A DNA stretch of 32,000 nt from Cupriavidus necator. GTDB taxonomy: Bacteria; Pseudomonadota; Gammaproteobacteria; Burkholderiales; Burkholderiaceae. The stretch's first letter is position 1; each line of letters opens with the position of its first letter. Under the pieces are notes generated by a model. The model saw nothing but the letters and a program-made list of their open reading frames with translations, did not search any database and had not been told where the DNA came from. The position numbers and the translations under genes are program-made. Location: the NCBI RefSeq assembly GCF_016127575.1, contig NZ_CP066019.1, positions 2,460,001 through 2,492,000 on the forward strand, written 5' to 3'. This document shows, in pieces, positions 16,438-25,519 of this stretch.

Positions 16438-17832
16438 ATGATCGAACAGCCCTATCCGTCGTCCGCGACGGAAGCCGATGCTGCACGCCCCCAAGTCCCC
16501 GAAGTCCGGAGCCGGATCGACGCGTTTTTCGAGATCACCGCGCGCGGCAGCACCCAGCGCAAGGAAGTGGTCGCCGGGGTGACCACCTTCATGGCGATGG
16601 TCTACGCCGTCTTTGTCGTTCCCGGCATGCTGGGCAAGGCCGGCTTCGACACCAGCGCGGTCTTTGTCGCGGTGTGCCTGACCACCGCCTTCGGCTCCCT
16701 GCTGATGGGCCTGTGGGCCAAGCTGCCGATCGCCATCGGCTGCGCCATCTCGCTGACCGCATTCATGGCCTTTGGGCTGGTGCTGGGGCAGGGCCTGTCG
16801 CCGGCGGTCGCGCTCGGCGCCGTGTTCCTGATGGGCGTGATCTTCACCGCGATCTCCGTCACCGGCGTGCGCTCCTGGATCCTGCGCAACCTGCCCGCCG
16901 GCGTGGCGCACGGCACCGGCATCGGCATCGGCCTGTTCCTGCTGTTGATCGCCTCGAATGAAGTCGGCCTGGTGGTCAAGAACGCTCACCCCGGCCTGCC
17001 GGTGTCACTGGGCAAGATCACCTCGTTCCCGGTGGTGATGTCGGTGCTGGGCCTGGCCGCGATCTTCGGCCTGGAGCGCCGCAAGGTGCCGGGCGGCATC
17101 CTGCTGGTGATCATCGCGATCTCCGCGCTGGGCCTGGCCTTCGACCCGGCGGTGAAGTTCACCGGCGTGTTCGCGCTGCCGTCGCTGAGCGCACCCGGCC
17201 ATGAATCGCTGATCGGCGCCATGGACGTGCGCGGCGCGCTGACGGCAGCAGTGCTGCCGAGCGTGCTGGCCCTGGTGATGACCGCGGTGTTCGATGCCAC
17301 CGGCACGATCCGCGCGGTCGCCGGACAAGCCGGCCAGCTCAACGCTGCCGGCCATATCCACAATGGCGGGCGCGCGCTGACCGCGGATTCGGTCAGCTCG
17401 ATCTTCTCGGGGATGTTCGGCGGCGCTCCGGCTGCAGCCTACATCGAGTCGACCGTCGGCGTTGCGGCCGGCGCCAAGACCGGCCTGACCGCCGTGGTGG
17501 TGGGCCTGCTGTTCGTTGCGGTGATGTTCTTCTCGCCGCTGGCCGGGCTGGTGCCGTCGTACGCCACCGCGCCCGCGCTGATGTACGTGGGCCTGCTGAT
17601 GCTGTCGAGCGTGAGCCGCCTGCACATGGACGACCTGGTCGACGCGATGGCTGGCCTGGTCTGCGCCGTGTTCATCGTGCTGACCTGCAATATCGTGACC
17701 GGCATCATGCTGGGCTTCTGCACCCTGGTGGTGGGCCGCGTGGTGGCTGGCGAATGGCGCAAGCTCAATGTCGGCACGGTGGCCATCGCGGTCGTGCTGG
17801 CTGCGTTCTATGCCGGGGGCTGGGCCATCTGA
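16438..17832 (+). CDS. NCS2 family purine permease (AzgA/PurP-type adenine/guanine/hypoxanthine transporter)
   Basis: Internal ATG preceded by AAGGAGA. The sequence [36 protein letters not shown] and a ~13-TM body are typical of the AzgA-like clade. Confidence 0.9.
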   Translation: MIEQPYPSSATEADAARPQVPEVRSRIDAFFEITARGSTQRKEVVAGVTTFMAMVYAVFVVPGMLGKAGFDTSAVFVAVCLTTAFGSLLMGLWAKLPIAIGCAISLTAFMAFGLVLGQGLSPAVALGAVFLMGVIFTAISVTGVRSWILRNLPAGVAHGTGIGIGLFLLLIASNEVGLVVKNAHPGLPVSLGKITSFPVVMSVLGLAAIFGLERRKVPGGILLVIIAISALGLAFDPAVKFTGVFALPSLSAPGHESLIGAMDVRGALTAAVLPSVLALVMTAVFDATGTIRAVAGQAGQLNAAGHIHNGGRALTADSVSSIFSGMFGGAPAAAYIESTVGVAAGAKTGLTAVVVGLLFVAVMFFSPLAGLVPSYATAPALMYVGLLMLSSVSRLHMDDLVDAMAGLVCAVFIVLTCNIVTGIMLGFCTLVVGRVVAGEWRKLNVGTVAIAVVLAAFYAGGWAI

Positions 17833-17922
17833 TCCTGCCGAAAGCTACTGCCGCGTCCCGGGCGCCACGCCCGGGACGCTGACAACCAGATGTCTCCTCC
17901 ACCGTGATCCAGGTGGATTTCA

Positions 17923-17957
17923 AGCCCGGGCTTCCTGCTTTCCCGGGCTGTTTTTTT
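17923..17957 (+). terminator. Rho-independent terminator of the purine permease gene
   Basis: Stem AGCCCGGG (17923-17930) / CCCGGGCT (17942-17949) followed by TTTTTTT (17951-17957). A second perfect 10-bp hairpin without a U-tract lies at 17855-17877. Confidence 0.7.
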
Positions 17958-18012
17958 GGTGGCTTGCCTGAAAGGTCCCGCGCTTGGCGAATGGCGTTTC
18001 GCTAAATCGCCT

Positions 18013-18423
18013 TCATTGCCCGGCCTGCATTGCCGCCACATCCATGTACACCAGTTCCCAGACATGGCCATCGGGATCCTGGAATCCATGCCCGTACATG
18101 AATCCCAAATCCATCGGCGGCTTGTAGGTATTGCCACCCGCCGCGACCGCGGCATTGACCATTTCATCCACGCGCGCGCGGGTTTCCATCGACAGGCAAA
18201 CCAGCACCTCAGTCGATTTCCGTGCATCGCAGATTTCATTGGGCGAGAAGCTGCGGAACTTGGCTTCGGTCAGCAGCATCACGAAAATGTTTTCGCCGAC
18301 GATCATGCAGGTGGCAGTGTCGTCGGTAAATTGCGGATTGAAGGAAAAACCCAACTGCGTAAAGAAGGCAATCGACTTTTGCAGGTCGCGGACGGGCAAA
18401 TTGACAAAAATCTGCTGGCTCAT
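18013..18423 (-). CDS. VOC (glyoxalase/bleomycin-resistance/dioxygenase) family protein
   Basis: The 136-aa sequence MSQQIFVNLPVRDLQKSIAFFTQLGFSF...GHGFQDPDGHVWELVYMD is a typical VOC fold. GGAG lies upstream. GC3 is visibly lower than in neighbouring genes. Confidence 0.85.
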   Translation of the reverse strand: MSQQIFVNLPVRDLQKSIAFFTQLGFSFNPQFTDDTATCMIVGENIFVMLLTEAKFRSFSPNEICDARKSTEVLVCLSMETRARVDEMVNAAVAAGGNTYKPPMDLGFMYGHGFQDPDGHVWELVYMDVAAMQAGQ

Positions 18424-18619
18424 CAGGGGCTCCGGTAGTCGTGTCAGAGGGGGCTGCGCCGGGCGCAGACAAGCAGTCTAGGCGCTAAAGGCCGGGGGCG
18501 TGCGTATTTTCATTGTCCTTAAATGCGGGCAAAACGGGCGATGCCCAGCCCAATACCGGCTGCATCGTGGGCTGTGCGACCGTCAATTCAGGCCAGCAAA
18601 CAATCAGTCCGTGCAATCT

Positions 18620-18706
18620 CCGTTATTTTTTGTAAAATTTTTTTAGGTGAACCGACACCACACTTCTAGTACCATGCAGCGGCCTATTTGCAGAAAGGGG
18701 ATATAA
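18620..18706 (+). promoter_or_regulatory. AT-rich promoter/leader region of the H-NS-like gene
   Basis: This is the most AT-rich stretch in the window (TTATTTTTTGTAAAATTTTTTTAGGTG...GGGGATATAA-ATG). Such curved AT tracts are typical H-NS autoregulatory targets. Exact -35/-10 elements were not resolved. Confidence 0.35.
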
Positions 18707-19015
18707 ATGGCGACATACAAGCAACTCCTGGCTGAGAAGGAAGCGCTGGAAGCCAAGCTGAATGAAGTGCGTGCGACGGAAGTCGCCGGCGTGATCGACA
18801 AAATCCGGGACCTGATGACTGAATACGGCCTGACCGCCGAAGACATCCTGCCGCGCCGCAAGCGTGGCCGCCCGGCTGGTTCGAGTGCCAAGAAGCCCGC
18901 ATCCGCCTTGCCGCCGAAGTACATGGACCCCAAGACCGGCAAGACCTGGTCGGGCCGCGGCCGCGCGCCGGCATGGTTGGGCAAGCGCCCGGAGCGTTTC
19001 CTGATCGAGCAGTAA
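18707..19015 (+). CDS. H-NS-like nucleoid-associated protein (histone-like silencer)
   Basis: 102 aa with an N-terminal coiled coil (YKQLLAEKEALEAKLNEVR), a basic linker (RRKRGRPAG) and the C-terminal DNA-binding motif TWSGRGRAPAW. Confidence 0.85.
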   Translation: MATYKQLLAEKEALEAKLNEVRATEVAGVIDKIRDLMTEYGLTAEDILPRRKRGRPAGSSAKKPASALPPKYMDPKTGKTWSGRGRAPAWLGKRPERFLIEQ

Positions 19016-19090
19016 GCCGCCAGCGCGGCCAGCGCGCGCCCGTCTCACGCGCCCGCTTCAATCGATGGTGCCATCGGCCTGCCGGGCGCG

Positions 19091-19675
19091 TCACTGCGCC
19101 TGGCAGACATACTCCTTGCGCAGCGCCCTGAAGCCCTGCTGGGTCGGCTCCGCCGTCAGGCGCGCGCCGCCACCGGCCAGCGGCTGCATGCGCAATACCT
19201 GCGCCGAGCACTGGCTCGCGGTTTCGTCCCGCTGGTAGCGGATCTCATACTGGCCGCCGGCAACCGGCACGAATGACACGCCCGCCGCGCAACGCAGCTC
19301 GGGCAGCGGCGGCGCCGCGGCCGAGGTCACCGCCACGTAGATGCGCCGGCCCGCCTCCACCAGCCGCTCGCGCGTGCGAGCCGGCGGCTCGGGCGAGCGC
19401 CCGGCCATGTCCAGGCTCCGGTCCCGACCCATCGCAGACAACTGCCTGCCGGTTCCCGCCAGCACCAGCGGCCGCGCGGGCACCGGGCATTTGGCCGGAT
19501 CGACCACGGTGAACGAAGTGTTGTCGTCGGTGCTGGTCAGCAGCCGCACGCTGGCGGCCGGGGCGCCGGCAGGCACCCGGTATTGCGCCACGCAGCCGGA
19601 CAGCGCCACGGCGGCGGCAAGCATCGGCAACAAGGCAAGACGAGGCAGGACTGCGGACGACCGGTCATGGCGCAT
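19091..19675 (-). CDS. Hypothetical lipoprotein
   Basis: An internal ATG at 19675 gives MRHDRSSAVLPRLALLPMLAAAVALSGC, a signal peptide with lipobox LSGC. The longer track ORF upstream of this looks non-coding. Confidence 0.65.
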   Translation of the reverse strand: MRHDRSSAVLPRLALLPMLAAAVALSGCVAQYRVPAGAPAASVRLLTSTDDNTSFTVVDPAKCPVPARPLVLAGTGRQLSAMGRDRSLDMAGRSPEPPARTRERLVEAGRRIYVAVTSAAAPPLPELRCAAGVSFVPVAGGQYEIRYQRDETASQCSAQVLRMQPLAGGGARLTAEPTQQGFRALRKEYVCQAQ

Positions 19676-19860
19676 GGCGGCGGGCAGGTAGAACGATTGG
19701 GCCAACAGCGGACGTTGGCGGCACGATGGCGGCAAATCCGGCAGGGATGCCACACGATGACGGCGCGGCCAGGCAACACGCCGCGCCCTCAAACCAACCA
19801 GCATACCTGCATCCGGCGCTTGGCGGCAGCCGCATAAACCCATGTTGAAAACCTGCGTGT

Positions 19861-19954
19861 GATATCCACAGAATCTGTGGATATCCTGGCCCTACATTCC
19901 CCGAAAGCCCCGGTCTGTGCGGCAACCCACCGGAGCGCCCAAATTTTAGGCAAC
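19861..19954. repeat. Intergenic element copy B: perfect 25-bp palindrome plus a conserved tail; related to 4421-4514
   Basis: GATATCCACAGA-A-TCTGTGGATATC (19861-19885) is a perfect palindrome containing ATATCCACA on both strands. The downstream blocks CACCGGAGCGCCC and TTTTAGGCAAC are shared with copy A at identical spacing. Confidence 0.5.
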
Positions 19955-20133
19955 GGGTTGCAGGCGCGCCGGAACCCGGCAACGGTGCGGCACCCCCGCC
20001 GCCAGCACGCCGTTGCGCTGCCCAGGCCACACTTCATCCCCCCGCACTCCCTTGAAGGGGGCACCGGCACCGCGTAATCTCAGTGTTACCGGGGGCTGCA
20101 CTGGCGCACTTGCGCCAACTTGCCAGCCAGATA

Positions 20134-21168
20134 ATGACAATGACACAACAAGAGCCTATCCAGGCCGGGCCGTTGCCTCGTGACCTGCTGCACGCACTGC
20201 GTGACGGCGGCTACGACGTATCGGGACTCGCGCCTGCCCCGGAATCCGACACCGACTCCGACCCCAGCGACCTCAGGCCCGCCATGCCGGCGGCCGGCCC
20301 GCAACAGGCCTGCCACGTGCTCTGCGCGGTCTACCGTGCCACCGGCGATCCAACCATCGGCCTGTGGCTGGGCAGCCGGATGCAGACCGACCTGCTCGGG
20401 CTGGCGGGCCTGACGGCCATGGCCGGGCCGTCGCTGGGCACCGCGCTGCGGCGCATCGCGCGCTACCAGAAGCTGCTCGCCGGCGACCGCATCGAACTGC
20501 GCCGCCAGGGCGACGAAGCCTGGGTCTGTATCCGCCCGAGCGATCCCGAGGCGCCCGACACCCGACCGCGCATCGACATGGAGCTGTGCTCGCTGCTGGC
20601 CTTCGGGCGCCAGTTCACGCGCAAGCCGCTGCATCCGCTGCGGGTGTCGCTGCGCATCGGCCAGCCGGACTGGCACCTGCGCTATACCGAAGCATTCGAC
20701 TGCCCGGTGCGCTTTGGCGAGCCCGAAGACGCCATCGTGTTCGGCCGCCGCGACCTGGCCTTGCGCCTGGCTGCCCGCGTGCGCAGCGGACCGGCCGGCG
20801 CGGGCGCGGGCCATGCCGCGCGCGAAGCGCGGCCGGCGTCCGCGTCGCTGGACGATGTGCGCGCGGCCCTGCAGGCGCTGGCCGGCGACCGCGCCCTCAG
20901 CCTGGCCGCGGTGGCACGCCACCTGGACATCAGCGAGCGCACGCTGCAGCGCCGGCTGATGGCGGCGGGCACGAGTTTCCGCACGCTGTGTGAAGAGGCG
21001 CGCCGCGAGCTGGCTGGCGGCTACCTGGCCGGAGGCGCGATGTCGCTCGGAGAAATCGCGTTCCGGCTCGGCTTTGACGATGCCAACTCGTTCTTCCGCG
21101 CCTTCCGCCGCTGGACCGGCATGACCCCGGGCGACTACCGGCGCGCGGCGGCGCCTCCACCCGCGTAG
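20134..21168 (+). CDS. AraC family transcriptional regulator (N-terminal AraC-type ligand-binding-like domain, C-terminal HTH)
   Basis: The C-terminus ISERTLQRRLMAAGTSFRTLCEEARRELA...IAFRLGFDDANSFFRAFRRWTGMTPGDYRR is a canonical AraC HTH pair. Start chosen at ATG 20134 (MTMTQQEP). Confidence 0.85.
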   Translation: MTMTQQEPIQAGPLPRDLLHALRDGGYDVSGLAPAPESDTDSDPSDLRPAMPAAGPQQACHVLCAVYRATGDPTIGLWLGSRMQTDLLGLAGLTAMAGPSLGTALRRIARYQKLLAGDRIELRRQGDEAWVCIRPSDPEAPDTRPRIDMELCSLLAFGRQFTRKPLHPLRVSLRIGQPDWHLRYTEAFDCPVRFGEPEDAIVFGRRDLALRLAARVRSGPAGAGAGHAAREARPASASLDDVRAALQALAGDRALSLAAVARHLDISERTLQRRLMAAGTSFRTLCEEARRELAGGYLAGGAMSLGEIAFRLGFDDANSFFRAFRRWTGMTPGDYRRAAAPPPA

Positions 21169-21179
21169 GGCAGGCCGGC

Positions 21180-22100
21180 TCACCCGCCGTGGGGTTGCTC
21201 CCACGGCGGGTTGTCGCCGAAGCGCCCGGCCAGGAAATCGACAAAGGCGCGCACGCGCGGGGGCACCAGCCGCCGCTGCGGCATCACGGCGTAGATGCCG
21301 GTGTCGGCGAGCGGGTAATCGGGCAGCACCTGCACCAGCCGCCCGGCGCGCAGGTCGGCGCAGACATGCCAGGTGGAATGCAGGGCGATGCCAAAGCCCG
21401 CCAGCGCCGCATCGGACAACAGCTCGCCGGTATTGGCCTCGATCCGGCCGCGCACGCGCACGGCAATCTCCCCGCCGGCGCCGTCGCCCAGGCGCCAGAC
21501 ATCCTGCCGGCCCTGGCTGCCCACCAGCACCAGGCAATCGTGCCGCGCCAGGTCCTGCGGGGTGCGCGGCGTGCCGCGCCGGCGCAGGTAGTCCGGCGCG
21601 GCACACAGCAGCCGCCGGTTGTTGGCCAGCCGCCGCGCGACCAGCGTCGAATCGTCCAGCACACCGATGCGGATGGCCAGGTCGAAACCCGCGCTGACCA
21701 GGTCCAGCACGTTGTCGGTCAGGTTGACGCTGAGCGTCAGGCCGGGATGCAGCGCCAGGAATTCCGGCAACAGCGGCGAGATATAGAGCCGCCCGAACGA
21801 GGACGACGTGGTCACCCGCAGCGTGCCCGATACCCCGGTGCCGGCCTGCCGCAACGAGGTGCCCAGCGCTTCTAGGTCGTCCACCAGCGCACGCCCCTGC
21901 TCGGCCAGCACCACGCCTTCCGGGGTGGCGTGCAGCCGCCGCGTGGTGCGATGCAGCAGGCGCACGCCCAGTTCACGCTCCAGCCGCTGCAGCCGCTGGC
22001 TGGCCACCGCCACCGACAGGTCCAGGCTGCGTGCCGCGGCGCTGATCGAACCCAGGTCGAGCACGCGCAGGAACAGGCCGATATCGCCGATCCGGTCCAT
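21180..22100 (-). CDS. LysR family transcriptional regulator
   Basis: MDRIGDIGLFLRVLDLGSISAAARSLDLSVAVASQRLQRLERELGVRLLHRTTR is a canonical LysR wHTH. The track start at 22109 is TTG; the ATG at 22100 matches family N-termini. It is divergent from the MFS gene. Confidence 0.9.
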   Translation of the reverse strand: MDRIGDIGLFLRVLDLGSISAAARSLDLSVAVASQRLQRLERELGVRLLHRTTRRLHATPEGVVLAEQGRALVDDLEALGTSLRQAGTGVSGTLRVTTSSSFGRLYISPLLPEFLALHPGLTLSVNLTDNVLDLVSAGFDLAIRIGVLDDSTLVARRLANNRRLLCAAPDYLRRRGTPRTPQDLARHDCLVLVGSQGRQDVWRLGDGAGGEIAVRVRGRIEANTGELLSDAALAGFGIALHSTWHVCADLRAGRLVQVLPDYPLADTGIYAVMPQRRLVPPRVRAFVDFLAGRFGDNPPWEQPHGG

Positions 22101-22208
22101 GATTTTCAAGATTCCATTGAAACTGATTATGGATCATGCCGGTTTTTACTGAAGACGGAAAGGCACAGACTGCGGGCTTCCTTCCTTTTGCCGACGCATC
22201 CCCCGAAC

Positions 22209-23447
22209 ATGGCCCCCCCAGTCTCCACCAACTCCACACCCGGCGCTGCATCCGCCCGCGGCCGGCTGCCGGTTGCGCTCTACGCGCTCACCGCCGGTTC
22301 CTTCGGCATCGGCTGCGCCGAATTCGTGATCATGGGCCTGCTGCTTCAGGTTGCCGCCGACCTGCGGGTGACCATCGCCGCCGCCGGCATGCTGGTGTCC
22401 GGCTACGCGCTGGGCGTCTTCGCCGGCGCGCCGGTGCTGACCCTGCTGACGCGGCGCATGCCGCGCAAGGCCGTGCTGCTGGCGCTGATGGTGATCTACA
22501 CCGTCGGCAATGCCGCCTGCGCGCTGGCGCCCGACTACACCACGCTGATGATCGCGCGCGTGCTGACCTCGCTCACGCATGGCACCTTCTTCGGCGTCGG
22601 CGCGGTGGTGGCCACCGGGCTGGTGCCGGAGGACCGCCGCGCCTCCGCGATCTCGGTGATGTTCTCCGGCCTGACGCTGGCCACGCTGCTGGGCATGCCC
22701 GCCGGCGCCTGGCTGGGCCTGCACCTGGGCTGGCGCTCGACCTTCTGGGCGATGACCGTGATCGGGCTGCTGTCGCTGGCGGTGATCGCGCTGCTGGTGC
22801 AGAAGAGCCAGGACCACGGCGCCCCCGTGGCCCTGCGCGACGAACTGGCCACCATCGGCCGCCCGCAGGTGCTGCTGGGCCTGTTGATGACGGTGCTGCA
22901 GTCGATGGGCATCTTTGCCGTGATCACCTACGTGCAGCCGCTGCTGACGCGCGTGTCCGGCTTTGGCGAGGCGGCGGTGTCACCGATCCTGCTGCTGTTC
23001 GGCGCCGGCATGATCCTTGGCAACGTGCTCGGCGGCCGCTTTGCCGACCGCACCCCGACGCGCGCGGTGCTGGCCACGCTGACCACGCTGACGCTGGTGC
23101 TGGCGGCGATGACGCTGGCCATCCACAGCCAGGTGCTGGTGGTGGCCTTCGTCGGCATCCTGGGCATCGCGGCCTTTGCCACGGTCTCGCCGCTGCAGCT
23201 GCGCGTGCTGCGCCACGCCCAGGGCGCGGGACAGAACCTGGCCTCGAGCTTCAATATCGCGGCATTCAACCTGGGCAACGGCCTGGGTGCGTGGATGGGC
23301 GGCGTGGTGGTCGATCACGGACCGGGTCTGGCGGCATTGCCGTGGGTTGCGGCACTGGCGCCGATGGCTGCGCTGGGGGTGGCGCTATTCAGTGTGCGGC
23401 TGGAACTGGGGTCAGCGAAAGTAGCGCCGATTCCGGAATCGATTTGA
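22209..23447 (+). CDS. MFS transporter (DHA1-type efflux permease)
   Basis: Internal ATG at 22209. A 12-TM pattern with the MFS loop motif LLTRRMPRKAVLLAL. Divergent pairing with LysR is typical. Confidence 0.85.
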   Translation: MAPPVSTNSTPGAASARGRLPVALYALTAGSFGIGCAEFVIMGLLLQVAADLRVTIAAAGMLVSGYALGVFAGAPVLTLLTRRMPRKAVLLALMVIYTVGNAACALAPDYTTLMIARVLTSLTHGTFFGVGAVVATGLVPEDRRASAISVMFSGLTLATLLGMPAGAWLGLHLGWRSTFWAMTVIGLLSLAVIALLVQKSQDHGAPVALRDELATIGRPQVLLGLLMTVLQSMGIFAVITYVQPLLTRVSGFGEAAVSPILLLFGAGMILGNVLGGRFADRTPTRAVLATLTTLTLVLAAMTLAIHSQVLVVAFVGILGIAAFATVSPLQLRVLRHAQGAGQNLASSFNIAAFNLGNGLGAWMGGVVVDHGPGLAALPWVAALAPMAALGVALFSVRLELGSAKVAPIPESI

Positions 23448-23521
23448 CGTTTCGCGGAACTTAGACCACAAGTCTCAGCGTCATGTCATCGGCCCGTTGG
23501 TTGGCGCCCGCGCGGTAATGC

Positions 23522-23972
23522 TCATTCATCCTCCGGCGAGGATTCCAGCTGTTCTAACGTTGGCAGCGCCCCGTGCAAATCTTCGGGCAGCGTTTCCGTC
23601 ATTCGCACAATGTAGTCGAGGCAATAGTGCAACAACCTGTTGCACTATTGCCTCGTCTGGCCAGGCTGCAGCGAACGTCCGAATGTATTTCAGGCTTCGC
23701 GATGAAAAACCAGCCATCTCGGGGAACGATTGACGCAAATCGCCCGCAAGCCTGTCGATCACCTTTGTCCCCCAGCCTGCTGCTGTCTGCTGCGGGAGAA
23801 TCGAACGCCCAAGCCTCCAGTAGAGCAGGATCAGTTCGCGGTTTACTGAAAGCGACGCGGCAAGGCGAGTACGGTGGACTTCTTCCTTGAGACGGCCCAG
23901 CCAAGCGGCATATTCGGCAGCGCCGGGCATGGCATTACGCTGCGATGCGAGACGTTTCGACATGGCGGCCAT
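23522..23972 (-). pseudogene. Decayed DUF1016/YhcG-like (PDDEXK nuclease family) gene: N-terminal ~115 codons joined out of frame to the extreme C-terminal ~25 codons
   Basis: The N-terminal part matches the family pattern (VNRELILLYWRLGRSIL...GWGTKVIDRLAGDLRQSFPEMAGFSSRSLKYIRTFAAAWPDEAIVQQVVALLP). After about 23610 a different frame reads MTETLPEDLHGALPTLEQLESSPEDE-stop, like family C-termini. The nuclease core is missing and codon usage is foreign (ATA, CTA, TTG, GTT). Confidence 0.6.
23617..23655. repeat. Perfect 18-bp-arm palindrome with a 3-nt spacer, inside the DUF1016 remnant
   Basis: CGAGGCAATAGTGCAACA-ACC-TGTTGCACTATTGCCTCG, read directly from the sequence. Confidence 0.9.
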
Positions 23973-24033
23973 TCTTTCATGGCGCCACAGCGGCCTGTAG
24001 GGCAAGACGCAGAAATCAGACTACTCCACTCAC

Positions 24034-25260
24034 TCAGCCAGGCTTGCCATCGACCCGCCGCCGAATCAGGCGCGGCGCATACGCCAGCGCATAGAGGCCG
24101 AACCCGGTCACCCAGCACGCCCCGGCTCCCCACACCCAATGCAGGTAGCCACCCGGCCAGGCCATCGGCCCGAACACCCGCAACACCGCCGCCGTGGCCA
24201 CCAGCCAGTACGCCGCGGTTTCCGCGCGGCCGGCCACCAGCATGCGGCCGGTGTGACCCAGTGCGGTGCGCGTGATCATGGCGATGATCGCCACGCCAAG
24301 CACGCCGACAGTGAAGGCATGCGTCGCCAGCCCCGCCATCACCAGCCCCAGCGCACCCAGCGCCTGCAGCAGCAGCGCCACCGGCAGCCACGCATAGGCC
24401 AGGTGCAGCACCCACAGGATCGGCCGGTTGCCTACCGCATGGCTGCGCCAGCCAGCCACGCGCACGGCCAGCACCGCCGCGGCCAGCAATGACAGCGCCG
24501 CCGCCAGCCAGACCGGCAAGGGCAGCACCCCCGCAGCCAGTCCCAGCACCGCGGCCGGCACCACCATGCGCTCCACCTGCCGGTATTGCCGCAGGCGGAA
24601 CCCCGGGATCGCGTTGGTCGTGAACATCGGGATGACGCGCCCGCCGATCACCACCACGAACAGCGTGACCAGCGCCACGCCCGCGCGGCAGGCCAGCATC
24701 GCACCGGCGTCATGGCCGCGCGCCTGCAGCCACAGGCTGGCGACATCGGCCGCGCCCAGCAGCCACAGCGCCAGGGCCAGCGGATAGTTGCGGCGGTTGC
24801 CGGCGCGGGCCAGCGTGCGCGTGAAGGCCAGCGCGGCCAGCGGCAGGAACGCGCCCTCGATCACGAAGGCCGCCGTTCCCGGCACCACCCACATGCCCAC
24901 GCGCCCGGCCAGCCACAGCAGGAACAGCGCGGCAAGCGCGGCGCCAGTGGGCGTCGGCTGGCCGGTCCAGGCCCGCCCCGCGGTGAACAGGAAACCCACC
25001 ACGATGGCCGCGGCAAAGCCGAACACCATCTCGTGCGCGTGCCAGAACATCGCCGGCATCACCGGCGCCGGGCCGACTGCGGCGGCGCCCGCCAGCATCG
25101 CCGACCACGCCGCGATGGCCAGCGCGGCGAACACCGCCCCGCCCAGGTAGAACGGCCGGAAGCCCAGTGCAAACAAGGCAAAGCCGCGCGGCGGCGGTCC
25201 GGCGGGCGCCTTGCCAGGCGGTGGCGAGCGCCGCGCGGGAAGAATGGGAATGGTGTCCAT
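24034..25260 (-). CDS. nnrS: NnrS family membrane protein (NO-stress/denitrification-associated haem-copper protein)
   Basis: 408 aa and multi-TM. FALGFRPFYLGGAVFAALAIAAW and FWHAHEMVFGFAAAIVVGFLFTAGRAWTG are characteristic NnrS motifs. It is divergent from narK1. Confidence 0.85.
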   Translation of the reverse strand: MDTIPILPARRSPPPGKAPAGPPPRGFALFALGFRPFYLGGAVFAALAIAAWSAMLAGAAAVGPAPVMPAMFWHAHEMVFGFAAAIVVGFLFTAGRAWTGQPTPTGAALAALFLLWLAGRVGMWVVPGTAAFVIEGAFLPLAALAFTRTLARAGNRRNYPLALALWLLGAADVASLWLQARGHDAGAMLACRAGVALVTLFVVVIGGRVIPMFTTNAIPGFRLRQYRQVERMVVPAAVLGLAAGVLPLPVWLAAALSLLAAAVLAVRVAGWRSHAVGNRPILWVLHLAYAWLPVALLLQALGALGLVMAGLATHAFTVGVLGVAIIAMITRTALGHTGRMLVAGRAETAAYWLVATAAVLRVFGPMAWPGGYLHWVWGAGACWVTGFGLYALAYAPRLIRRRVDGKPG

Positions 25261-25519
25261 GGCTGGCTACGGGAATCGGGTGGTGCGGCGCGCGCCGGCT
25301 TCTTGATCCGGCGCACGGTCTGCCGCAGGTGCGCAAACGGATGCCATTCACGCTGACTGCACGATAGCACCGCCGCCGCGCCGGCGACCTCCGCCGGTAG
25401 AACTACCTCCAAAGGCAGGCTGCGCGCCCGCGTGCGCTGTACGGCCGGCGAATAGGCAGCACCAGTGGCGGCCCCTACTCTGGCATCACCCCCGCCAAAG
25501 TTGACACAGGAGCATGGCC

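Noticed and set aside
4409-19954. The idea that the two direct copies of the ~94-nt element are att-type boundaries of a 15-kb genomic island
   Set aside because: The copies are only about two-thirds identical, whereas recombination-generated att repeats are normally near-identical. No integrase or tRNA gene is present. Most of the bracketed genes have host-typical GC3. I kept it only as a remark to check by synteny.
25303-25316. FNR/Dnr-like box TTGAT-CCGG-CGCAC in the nnrS/narK1 divergent region
   Set aside because: Only one half-site (TTGAT/ATCAA) matches the TTGAT-N4-ATCAA consensus and the other half matches poorly. An anaerobic regulator site is plausible here but the sequence alone does not support it.
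25396-25410. GGTAG-AA-CTACC inverted repeat with TACC-type NarL-heptamer-like halves upstream of narK1
   Set aside because: The arms are only 5 bp and are arranged tail-to-tail rather than in the 7-2-7 head-to-head NarL arrangement. It is too weak to call.
25481-25495. Sigma-54-like TGGCAT-N7-CGC (GG-N10-GC spacing) about 25 nt before narK1
   Set aside because: The -12 element is CCGC rather than TTGC. It lies too close to the start codon, and nar operons are not known to be sigma-54 dependent. It is probably fortuitous.
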